Position numbers and translations under genes: made by a program. A stretch of 63,658 nucleotides of DNA, filler included, from Octopus bimaculoides (taxonomy: Eukaryota): the NCBI RefSeq assembly GCF_001194135.2. It is 8 parts of 8 records of this genome, joined end to end, with 100 filler letters (N's around TTAATTAATTAA, not from the genome) between each part and the next. Parts side by side here need not be neighbours in the genome. Positions count along the whole stretch, not along the records: positions 1 to 5,875 come from NC_068983.1; positions 5,976 to 16,908 come from NC_068985.1; 6 more parts are not named here. One strand, given 5' to 3'. Below are positions 1 through 10,727 of this stretch, piece after piece. Positions within the stretch are counted from its first letter, which is position 1, and each line of letters starts with the position of its first letter. Under the pieces are notes generated by a model that was given only the letters and a program-made list of their open reading frames with translations, ran no database searches and was not told where the DNA came from.

Positions 1-110
1 CACACACAAGCATATATATAAATGTTATAGTGAAAAAACACAAATCTCCTAATGTCCAGCTACCCAATGTTTCGTTGTCGAAATAATAATTCATTTCACC
101 ATTTTACCAG

Positions 111-232
111 CTGAGAACGAGACAGTTTGTCAATTGTCTTCTGAACAGATATCATTTAAACAAGAGACGCTGATAAAGAAGACAATATATGGCTTCGTAG
201 AATCATGTCGTTGTCACAGGAAGCTCTTCTAA
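111..232 (+). CDS. Candidate terminal coding exon (ENETVCQLSSEQISFKQETLIKKTIYGFVESCRCHRKLF*), cystine-knot-like C-terminus; upstream exons would lie outside the window
   Basis: Pyrimidine-rich acceptor TTCATTTCACCATTTTACCAG ends at 110. A phase-1 frame of 39 non-repetitive codons runs to TAA at 230-232. It ends VESCRC, like the terminal C-x-C of cystine-knot ligands. AATAAA occurs at 537-542. Confidence 0.4.
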
Positions 233-648
233 TAGACTCGGCTAACAGACCACATATCAATCCAGGCGTATAATGCAGAATTTCATACAGCTGAAGTCTA
301 GGAGATTCGATCGACGAAATCATTTCATGAGGATTATAGTATATAAACCATAAAAAGTCACGAGGTATTAGAGATTAATATATTTATCTAACCAGATTTC
401 ATCCTTTGGAATGCGGCTGTTTCGCAACCTTAATCATGTAATAATAATTTCAGTACATAACAAATTGTTTGCCTGTGTGCAGTAATATGCATGCTATGCA
501 TTATGCAATACAACTGCATAATTACAAATCAATATAAATAAATAACTAGCTCATCAGATCATCAGAACATCATGGTTACAACAACGATTCAATTGAAGTT
601 GGAGAGGGCTGCGGAACGGCCGTATTCCTTAGGACAAGTGGCTAAAAT

Positions 649-690
<42 letters not shown>

Positions 691-732
691 GCACGTGCGC
701 GCTCGCGTTCATATATATATATATTGTTCTAA

Positions 733-935
733 CTGTTCCAGTCATTTGACTGCGGGAGCACCGCTTTTAGTCTAAGAAATCGCCTCCAGGACTTATTGTT
801 TGTAAGCTTAATACTTATTCTATCGGTCAATTTTGCCGAACCGCTAGGCTACGTGCCGTAAACACACCAACATCGGTTGTCAAGCGACGGTGGTAGTGAG
901 GTCAAACACAGACACACAAATACATACATACATAC

Positions 936-940
<5 letters not shown>
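733..940 (-). mobile_element. SINE family A (octopus tRNA-derived SINE with internal microsatellite), 3' half
   Basis: CAGTCATTTGACTGCGG...CACCGCTTTTAGTC...CCGAACCGCTA...GGTTGTCAAGCG matches the full copies at 54090-54507 and 60553-60972. Confidence 0.85.
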
Positions 941-966
<26 letters not shown>

Positions 967-1485
967 ACTGACATGACACTTAGATCACAGAGGCTATGCA
1001 CCTAGCAGTCAACAGACCGAGCCCCCATAGAAAACACGAATGGAGCAATAATACCCTCCACCACATGACTAAAGACAGAAAGGAGAAGAGAGAGGAAAAA
1101 TAAAGAAATAAATATATTTGTCACATACATGTGAAAGATATAAGAAATAGAGATAGATGAAAAGATAAATAAATAAATAAATCTATATAAAGGGCATGGA
1201 AACAAACAGCATAAGCAGATCTATATACACACAAACACACACAATAACTTCACAAACGACCGCGACAATATCAATAGCACGACTAACAACGACAGTAGCA
1301 GTGGCTGTGACAACGATGGCAATAACAACAACACCGTGAACAAACACACAAACACAGAGAGATATAGGAACTGTACCCAATTTTCGGGTCCTAGGACAGC
1401 AGCAGTACAACGGGGTAAGAGGATGGGGCTGAGGGGAAGGCCATGCTGCTGTTAAGAACAATGACACACAGACAAGCACACACAC

Positions 1486-1516
<31 letters not shown>

Positions 1517-1730
1517 CTCACATACACACTTACACACACACATACACACACACACAAACATGGCCGCAAACACATGTGCACATAAGGATACATATCATAG
1601 AAGAGTAGAATGGAGTAAGTGGAGCAAGAGCACACACGAAAACGGAAAGTATCGCTGAAGATGTCACAGATGTGGGACGAAAGATTTCCGGACAATGGAC
1701 ACGAGTTCAAATCACACACACACATGTATA

Positions 1731-2049
1731 TAATGGAGTGGCTGTATGATAAGTAGCTTGCTTACTAACCACATGGTTCTGGGTTCAGTGCCACACTGTG
1801 GCACCTTGGGCAAGTGTCTTCTACTATAGCCTCGGGCCGACTAAAGCCATGTGAGTAAACCTGGTAGACGGAAACTGAAAGAAGTCCGTCATATATTAAC
1901 CATGTAACACAAGCCTTCTGTAGTTTTTTCACTCTTATTATCTTTTATACATCCAGCCACGTGCTTTCACATACCAACTTTCTCACCTATGTATATATAT
2001 ATATATATATACATACACATACACACACACACACATATATATAGGTGTG

Positions 2050-2090
<41 letters not shown>

Positions 2091-2305
2091 CTGTGTGTGT
2101 ATGTATATGTTTCTGTGTGTTTGTTCCCACCATCGATTGACCACCGATGTTGGTGTGTTCACGTTCCTGTTATCTCGCAGTTCGGCAAAAGAAACCAATA
2201 GAATAAGTAGTAGGCTTACAAAGAATAAGACCTGGGGTCGATTTCTTCGACTAAAAGTGGTGCTCCAGCATGGCCGCAGTCAAATGACTGAAACAAATAA
2301 AAGGG
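1731..2305 (+). mobile_element. SINE family A: 5' half (1731-1895) and 3' half (~2100-2305) separated by TA/CA/TG repeats
   Basis: tRNA-like head GGAGTGGCTGTATGATAAGTAGCTTGCTTAC...GGGTTCAGT, body GGCACCTTGGGCAAGTGTCTTCTACTATAGCCTCGGGCCGA, tail GCCGCAGTCAAATGACTGAAACAAATAAAAG. Confidence 0.8.
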
Positions 2306-2339
2306 ATACTCTAATAGTTGTTTAGCAGCATGAGACAAC

Positions 2340-2380
2340 TATGGAGAGTGCTTCGGCCTCACGTTGACTTCATCAGCATA
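2340..2380 (-). ncRNA. Degenerate hammerhead-like motif with GAAG core
   Basis: Minus strand tatg-CTGATGA-agtcaacgtgaggcc-GAAG-cactcTC-cata. Stem I is 4 bp; stems II and III are imperfect. Confidence 0.25.
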
Positions 2381-3176
2381 ATATAGTCCTAACTTGTCTC
2401 CAGATCTGCCTTGGATATTTTACACATACAAAAGAAAAAAAAAAAGAAGAAAGAAATGAGCTTCAGACATTTTTTCCAAGAATGGTTTCAAATAAAAGAC
2501 TCGCTTGTTGCGACTTCACCTAGATGTAGCGTATCTAGGGAATGTTACCATACATAATGTCCTGTTTCCTGGAGAAGTTTAACTCAGTATCGGAAGGCAA
2601 CGAAACACTGGTAACCAATGCAATACAGTTACTGCTGCCAGCGTTGATGTGTAATTGTTCATTCTCTCTATTTACAGACAAACGATCTTTGGCTGCCAAA
2701 CACTTATTTTTCAAATAGAAGATTCTTCAGTGCTGTACCCATTCATCAATGTCTATGACAAAACTGCAAAGGCTTGAAATCTCAGCAAAAATTGTTGAAA
2801 AATAGTAAAATCTTTCCGAGACGGAATCTAGCAAATAAGACATTGAATCTAATAAAATGAATAATAAAATATTTGCTTTTGATGATCCAAATTTGACGAA
2901 TTTCTGCCAAAATGCACAGAACTAGAGGAATCTGAAATAGATTCAGTAGTTTTCGCATCTTCTGAACAGTCTATTGATATCGTTTCATGTCCCCAGTTTA
3001 CAGCCCAATTTACTTCTATATTGTCTAATCCGGCGAAAAGTCAAAACGAAATTAGCCTGGCCTTAATTCTAATTAATTCCTTGAAATCCGCAGATTTATG
3101 AAACTAACCACGGAAACAAACACGCTTGATGTCGGCCATTTTCGCAGAAACTATCATTGCTTGAAGTTACAGTGCA

Positions 3177-3220
<44 letters not shown>

Positions 3221-3984
3221 TGTGTGCGTGTGTGTTTCTGTGTGTGCGTGCGTGTGTGCTTGTGTGTGTGGGGGTGCTTATCTGTTGTACAATATGTATG
3301 AATTTCATGTGTGTGTGCGTGGTTCATGATGGCAGTTTTCCTGGAAACGGTCATTGCTTGAAGTTACAGTACAATGTCTAATGTCTGAATGTTTGTGTGT
3401 ATGTAAACTTCATCTGCATAAACATTATACAGACACAGACATGTATACATATATGTAGACATACATACATACAAACATACATTCATACATACATATCTAT
3501 GTATGTATGTGAGAGTATATGTCCGTCCATGTATATTTGTGGATACACATGTATGTGTAACTGTGTCTGTAAAACTCATACAAGTAAGTGTAGTGTAGTG
3601 TGTGTGTGTGTGTGTGTGTGTCTGAGTAAGATTCATGCCAGCCTTTTGTGCAGAAGCCAGTCAATATGGTACAGTGACTGTGTATTTATATATCTGTTAG
3701 TACCGTACGTATGTGTATATCTCTGTGAGGTGTGTCTGTGAATATCGCTATAAGCGTATGAGTGTGATTCATTGCATGTATGATTACATGAGCGTGTATG
3801 TGTATGTATATGCGCACTTTTGCAAATATATTTCTGAACAGTGTGGTAACATTAGTGTGTGGGAGTGGGAGTCTTAATATGTGCATATACACATAGGAGT
3901 ATGTCTATACATGTGTGCATACACATACATGTGCAGAAGCCTGTGCACGTGCGAGTGGAAATCTAAATGTATGTGTGGGTGTCT

Positions 3985-4200
3985 TTTATCTTTTACTTGT
4001 TTCAGTCATTTGATTGTGGCCATGCTGGGGCATCGCCTTGAAGGGTTTAGTCGAACAAATCGACTCCAGGACATAATTTTTTCTAAGCGAGGTACTAAGA
4101 CGGGTTACTTTTTTCCTGAAACGCTCAGTTACGGAGAGGTAAACAAACCAAGACCGGTTGTCAAGCATGGTTTGGAAGGCAAGCACAAACAGATATACAT
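3985..4200 (-). mobile_element. SINE family A, 3' half
   Basis: TCTTTTACTTGTTTCAGTCATTTGATTGTGGCCATGCTGGGGCATCGCC...GGTTGTCAAGC. Confidence 0.8.
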
Positions 4201-5403
4201 ACGCACACACACTCACATATACGTTTCGTGTGCGTGTACGTGTGTGTATGTTTGTATGTGAGTGTGCATATATATATATATATATATGATGCAAAAGTTA
4301 TACGTCTAACTTTATTTCAACACGTTTCAGTGCATTTTAGTACAACTGGCAACTTTCCCTAAGATGGTGACTAACTACTAAATGATGGTGTCAGCCATAG
4401 TTTAAAATCGATCTTTTACTTAAACATCAGGCCTCTGACTTACAAAAGACACCAACAAGAAAGATTGACGACATTTATACAATTTTCACGTTTATTAGTA
4501 GATTTAGTAGATTAGTAGCTAAGTGAAGTGATTTAGCTGCAATCCGGAATCGAACGCAACTCTTGAGATTTTCTTTTGGTTTCTTCCACCTCAGTAACTT
4601 GCCATTTTCGCAAGTCAACGCTGAAGCCTCTACATGAACACTTGAAATGTTAGAAATAGCAGCTGAACAGCGAAATTTCTCTCAAATCACTTCGAACTAT
4701 CTTAAAGAACACAGTAGATAATGTTCTCTTGTATAATCTTTAACAGATAGGATTGTCACGGCTAGAATGCCTTGATCGTAAGAATTAACCGAGGACGAAA
4801 CATAAATAACACTAGCAACAACATCAAGACAAGCAGGAGCCACATCCGTAACGTCTTTAATTTGATTTTTTCACGAAGACGAATTAATTGATGATGGATT
4901 TTGTATTCGACCGAATCAGTTCAGTAAATAAAAGGTGCTGTTGACCCCCTAATGGCAGTTAAAGTGTAAAGACCCTTCTCTTCCCCGTCATAATACAATA
5001 AGACAATTTAATAATGTAAAATGTTTATTGTGCCACTCTAGCATTAGCCTAATATTATCTCGAATTAGACTCAGGTCAATAGAGTGAAACTCTCATAGCA
5101 CCATCACAGAGGCACATCAGTTCTGACAGGACACAGCTATGATCAAAGACGTTCTTCAAATGACGATCGCATTCTTGTACATCTGTTTGTTTGTTTGTTT
5201 GCTTGTTTGTTTGTTTGTTCGTGTGTGTGTGTGTGTGTGTGTGTTTGTGTGTGTTTGTGTGTGTGTGGAGAGAGAATGATACACACACACGCGCATATAC
5301 ACACACGCGCATACACACACACGCGCATACACACACACAATGATGCAAATAAACAAATAAAACTGCTTGGGTTTGATATACAAAATATACATACATATAC
5401 ATA

Positions 5404-5570
5404 TAGGTGCAGCGTGACTGTGTGGTGACAGGCTTGCTTCCCAACCACATGGTTTCCGGTTCAGTCCTACTGCGTGGCACCTTGGGCAAGTGCCTTCTAT
5501 CATAGCTTCGGGTCGATCAATGCCTTGTGAGTAGATTTGGCAGACAGAAACTGAAAGAAGCCCGGAAGCT
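5404..5570 (+). mobile_element. SINE family A, 5' half
   Basis: GGTGCAGCGTGACTGTGTGG...GCTTGCTTCCCAACCACATGGTTTCCGGTTCAGTCC...AACTGAAAGAAGCCCG. Confidence 0.85.
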
Positions 5571-5706
5571 AAAAGAAGCCCTTTGTGGGGTTAATAATAT
5601 ATATATATATATATATATAAGGAGTTATCTCCCCTATAATAACAAACACGAAAGCTAACGATGTCCTAAAGACCCAATAATAGTTATGTATGTGTTTTTT
5701 CGTGTT

Positions 5707-5812
5707 TTATTCGAAAGGTAACCACTCCTGAAGAAGTGCCAAACGTCTAAATCCAATGGACCAGTCACTGGATAAGTTTGGCACAGAAATGTTAACATAG
5801 AGTGGTGAATAA
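5707..5812 (+). ncRNA. Type I hammerhead ribozyme, catalytic core intact, palindromic stem III
   Basis: Stem I ACCACTC (5721-5727) / GAGTGGT (5800-5806), extended by TTATTC/GAATAA. Core CTGAAGA at 5728-5734. Stem II GTGCCAAAC/GTTTGGCAC. GAAA at 5786-5789. Stem III ATGTTAACAT is a perfect palindrome. Predicted AUA cleavage after 5799. Confidence 0.85.
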
Positions 5813-5875
5813 ATCGATATATCGAATTTGAAGTCTCTGTCTCTTTTGAATATGAAAATTTAAAAGTTTAAAAAT

Positions 5876-5975
5876 NNNNNNNNNNNNNNNNNNNNNNNNN
5901 NNNNNNNNNNNNNNNNNNNTTAATTAATTAANNNNNNNNNNNNNNNNNNNNNNNNNNNNNNNNNNNNNNNNNNNN
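5876..5975. other. Assembly gap spacer 44N-TTAATTAATTAA-44N; the 12-mer recurs between N runs at 16953, 24598, 31748, 40403, 52347 and 59747
   Basis: The identical 12-mer is centred in N runs seven times and has stop codons in all six frames. Technical, not biological. Confidence 0.95.
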
Positions 5976-6052
5976 CATATATATATAACCCATACATATA
6001 CAGACGCACAAAGTATTCAAGCATATAACACGTGCATATAAATCTATATGTA

Positions 6053-6085
<33 letters not shown>

Positions 6086-6426
6086 GCGCACACACACGCG
6101 CACACACACGCGCACACACACGCGCACACACACGCGCACACACACGCGCGCACACACACATCCTATTCTATTTATGGGAGGAGTGCCTGATTTTCATATC
6201 CCACACAGGTGTTTGCTTTTTCATGGGTAATGCTTTTTTTTCTATATATATATATATATATATGCATAGATGTAATTCTTTTCCCAAATAAATTGTACTT
6301 TATATTCGAGGCTCCGATGAAGTTATACGCAGATACTCAACTATGAGTCTACGGCAGAAACAGCAGAAATAACTCTAAGCTAATGAAATTCGTAAGATAA
6401 TCGTTTATTCCTTCGTCATCTATTTT

Positions 6427-6493
<67 letters not shown>

Positions 6494-7184
6494 ACACACA
6501 CACGCACGGACACACACTAGCAGGTCCCGTGGAAATTCTACGGAACGAAGAAATGAAGGGAAGCTATTCAGAAAGAGAGGATAATATGCATTTTTATTGC
6601 ATATAAATCTTATTGTTACAGGTGCAATAAATATTACAAAAATATACAATAACAATCTGAACAATACTTAATACACATATCATTCGTTACATTTCATTGT
6701 ATTGTCATTGCAAGATCAATATATAATTGCATATTCCTTATTGAACAACAGTATCTTATCATTATATTACTTTACAATACATACAATTTATGTACACAAG
6801 ACGATGAAGAGAATTTACATATTCTTTTATTTACATGTTTAGTTTCAATTCCATTACAAATTAAAAAATGATGATGATATATGATTAAAAATTTCCTTCT
6901 GCTTGTATTTCTCATATTTTCTCGTTATGTCTTCTCCGTCTCCAACAAACATTATAACCACATAATTCTCCACTTTACTTCGTTAACATTTCTGTCTTTT
7001 TCCATTCATCACCTCTCACTTCAACTAAGATCGTAACGGCCAGCGTAATGCATCGGCTGGCTACATGTTTTCTCACTCACTCCCCTTCTCTTTCTCTCAC
7101 TCTCACTCCATTGCTCCCTCTCTAACAAACTAAAGTGTAATGTGTGAACGAACGAACAAGCAAAATTTGTGTGTGTGTGTGTGC

Positions 7185-7219
<35 letters not shown>

Positions 7220-7244
7220 CGTATGTGTGTGTATCTTTTATTTT

Positions 7245-7560
7245 CTATTTTTTTACTTGTTTCAGTCATTAGATTGCGGCTACACTGGGGCACCGCCTTG
7301 AAGAATTTTATTCGAATGAATTGACTCCAGTGTTTACTTTCTGCAAGCCTAGTATTTATTCTATCTTTCTCTTTTGATGAAACGCTTTGTCGCGGGGATG
7401 TAAACACACCGGCACCGGTTGTCAAGTGGTAATGACAAGCGCTAGCTGCAAAGATATTCACACACGCGCACGTATATACATAAAACCGACGAATATCTTT
7501 CAGTTTCCACTTACAATGCTTTCGTTGGAGACTATAGCATAAGACACATCTACCTGTAGG
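7245..7560 (-). mobile_element. SINE family A, decayed
   Basis: TTTTACTTGTTTCAGTCATTAGATTGCGGC...GGTTGTCAAG...CTTTCAGTTTCC...GACTATAGCATAAGACAC. Confidence 0.75.
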
Positions 7561-7618
7561 TATACATTTGTAGGCACTTCTGTGTACACACACATATACA
7601 TACATGCACACACACGCA

Positions 7619-7657
<39 letters not shown>

Positions 7658-8049
7658 GCACACACGTATATACACAGATATATATATATAAGTATATATA
7701 TAACTAGTATAGTACACCTATAAATGAGTATGGTAATGCATGCTTTTATTGTGCTCTAGGTAATTTGGAATTTAATTTTTTTCTAATGCTTCCCTAATTT
7801 TTGTTTCACGAGTGATCTAACCTTAGCTTTATTACGATTATTGAATGAAAAAGAATGATTGTACAAATCTCTGCTTGGATTTGTACGAGTTAGAACTGAT
7901 GTAGGTAAAAGTATTTAGGTTAGTTATAACATCATATCTATATATAAAGCATAAATTATTTAGGAGACTTAAAATCTTGTTTTTACAATTACATAATTTG
8001 GGAGAGGTATGGTCAATAGTTTTTTTCGTGTTATTCAAAAATCGTAGAG

Positions 8050-8468
8050 AGTCGTGACAATTGTTAAATCCGACAGAATTATCCGAATTATCTGGATTTG
8101 GATTATCACTACCAGCAACAGCATTACCGATAAAACTGCGAAGCTTAAAACAGTTACCATGATCGTTAATAGTTATGTAATCTACATTTATACCAGAATC
8201 CTGTGTGTTAAGGTTAATTTTTCACCCGTTACTCCAGACACTATTGCTGTTGCACGGGTGATTAATATCGTTACCTGTGGGAGTAGAATTTGTGAAAGCA
8301 GGCTGACAGACGATATCATGACTGCTGATGTAAGCTACTTGACTCCTGCAGCTGGCCCCATTAAAATAACTAATGACACGATTACTATTACTGTTGTCAT
8401 GTTAGTCAGTGTTATGGTTAAAATTATTGTCAATAATATTGTTGCTGTTAGCATCACTACCATCAAGT

Positions 8469-8531
<63 letters not shown>

Positions 8532-8800
8532 ATATTGGCTTCCCCAAGGTGGATTAAACCATATTACGTCATCATTGCTTATGTTCAGTCACCTTTTAGA
8601 TTTGTGGTATCTAAGTTTGCGTGCTTCAATGGTACTATAAAAGTTATTAGTACCATTATTCCTACTCATAGCATTGCTAACTTTGTTTTGACCGCTACCG
8701 CTATGAATTTTATTTATATATGTAACATTAATGTTGGCAAATTTATCATTACAATAATTCTTATTGTTAATCTTTAATACAGGTTTATCATTATTGCAAA
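8050..8800. repeat. (ACT)n microsatellite (8468-8530) inside decayed triplet-periodic low-complexity DNA
   Basis: Perfect ACT run with Thr/Ile/Val-rich ghost ORFs in several frames. Confidence 0.8.
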
Positions 8801-8829
8801 TATAAGTTACAGAACTATTAGTGTAAAAC

Positions 8830-8909
8830 AGTGGTTCCCAAACTTTTCACTACTAAGGACCCCTCTTATTTAAATAAGTTTTCTCACGGACCCCTTTTAA
8901 TATGCTTAT

Positions 8910-8946
<37 letters not shown>

Positions 8947-9008
8947 TTTGAATTTAGTTCACGGACCCCCAGTACTACCTTCGCGGACCACAGGCTTGGA
9001 ACAACTAG
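8830..9008 (+). mobile_element. hAT-type MITE
   Basis: Starts CAGTGGTTCCCAAAC and ends GGCTTGGAACAACTAG (imperfect TIR). TSD not clear. Confidence 0.6.
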
Positions 9009-9114
9009 TATAAGTGCTAATATAATTACAATCACTACCCTACGTTTTCCCATTACTACTGAGTTTAATACACTTGCGGAATGGTTTGAAAAGCGGCTTA
9101 CGTAAATTACTACT

Positions 9115-10431
9115 GGTAAGGCAAGGCAAACTTCTCAAGTCCTATACAATATTATTATAGAAAGAAATACAAAATCTTACAGCTGCTTCTGGGATATCAC
9201 CGAGTATGGGATATTCCGTTACCAGACAAGTAAGGAAAAATAGGGAAAATGAGAATGGTAAATATTAATAAGATGACGACATGGAGGAAGGGAGTAAAAG
9301 TTCATAGTTCAATTTTCCGAAGTTATAGAAACCAGAGCATGAGTCCTCAGGTGCAATCCTGCGTATATCCATGTGGGTTAAAATCCTGATATAGTAGACA
9401 TCCCAAGAAAAAAACGCGAACATATCAACATTCAATAACAGAATAGTAGCGGAGATGGCTATTAAGTGGTAAAAGTAAAAGAAAGAAAAGAAATAGAAAG
9501 AGAGGTACACAGAGTGAGGTGGGGGGGATTTTAAGGATTGGCTATAGTCTGGTAGTCTCAAAGTCTAAAGTTGTTGGGGAAGAAATTTAGTAGTAATTGC
9601 TTGTGTCCGTTCTGGCTAAGGTCAGTGGCTGTAGAGTTATTTTTAACAATGGGGTTGTGGGTATGTAGGTAATCGAGAAAGGAAGAGCTAGTTGAATGTT
9701 AAATTATTTATGAGTGGGAGTTAGAGTTAGGGGGTTTATATTAAGGGATTTATTGGGTTAAGGTTTAAAAATAAATTAAAGATAAATTAAAGAATTAATA
9801 TTTATCCCATAGTGTAATGAGGTAAGGTAGATAGAAATGAGGTAAGACATAAGGTTATAGAGATATAACCTTGTAAGGTAAGACATAAGAGTTATAGAGA
9901 TATAGAAGGAGTATGTGTCAATGATCATAGGGGTTTGTATGTGGGTGCTATTCAGGGGGGGGGGCGTGAGCTTACATTAGATCTATGAAAGAATTTAAAA
10001 GTGCGGAAGAATTTGTGCTTACGCGTAGTGAAAGTCACGTTGTATTTATTAAGCAATTGTGGTGAGTTGTGAGTTACAATTTTGAGAGCTTCTTTTAAAC
10101 AAAGTCCACAACTGGAGTGTTGCCCCTGATATGGGGAACCCGAGTTTATTATAGCCCAGGAAAGTTTATACTGTATTTTTCTATTAATTAGATGGTGTAT
10201 GTGGCTGGCTAGTGATGTGGAATTGCTATTCTCCTTATATTTAAACGAGTTTAAATGTGCATAATACCTTTGTTTAAAAATGGTGCTAGAGCCAATGTAG
10301 TAGTTACAGGAGTTATTTACCATGTTGTGAACGGTGCATCGGTATACGACGTTGAATCTTCTGCCGTGAGCTTGCAGCGGGCAATCTGTCCCGGATCTGC
10401 AGTTGCAGTTATCAGTTCTATGATGGTTAAT

Positions 10432-10488
<57 letters not shown>

Positions 10489-10609
10489 GGTAGTGTTGGT
10501 AATGAATAGGGTGGTATTAGGTGAATCGATCGTGATATTGCTGTTATTATTGCTGTCGTTTCTAGTATCGATATCAACGCCAGCGTTACCATTGTTGTTG
10601 TTGTTGTTG

Positions 10610-10646
<37 letters not shown>

Positions 10647-10679
10647 CATTATCGGCGTCGATGTTGTAATTATTATTAT

Positions 10680-10727
<48 letters not shown>

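Noticed and set aside
8054-8777. 167-aa and 122-aa ORFs
   Set aside because: Decayed triplet microsatellite with Thr/Ile/Val/Leu bias and no domain signal.
9310-9350. Second hammerhead in the PLE 3' UTR (CTGAGGA...GAAA, minus strand)
   Set aside because: No convincing stem II, stem III or stem I.
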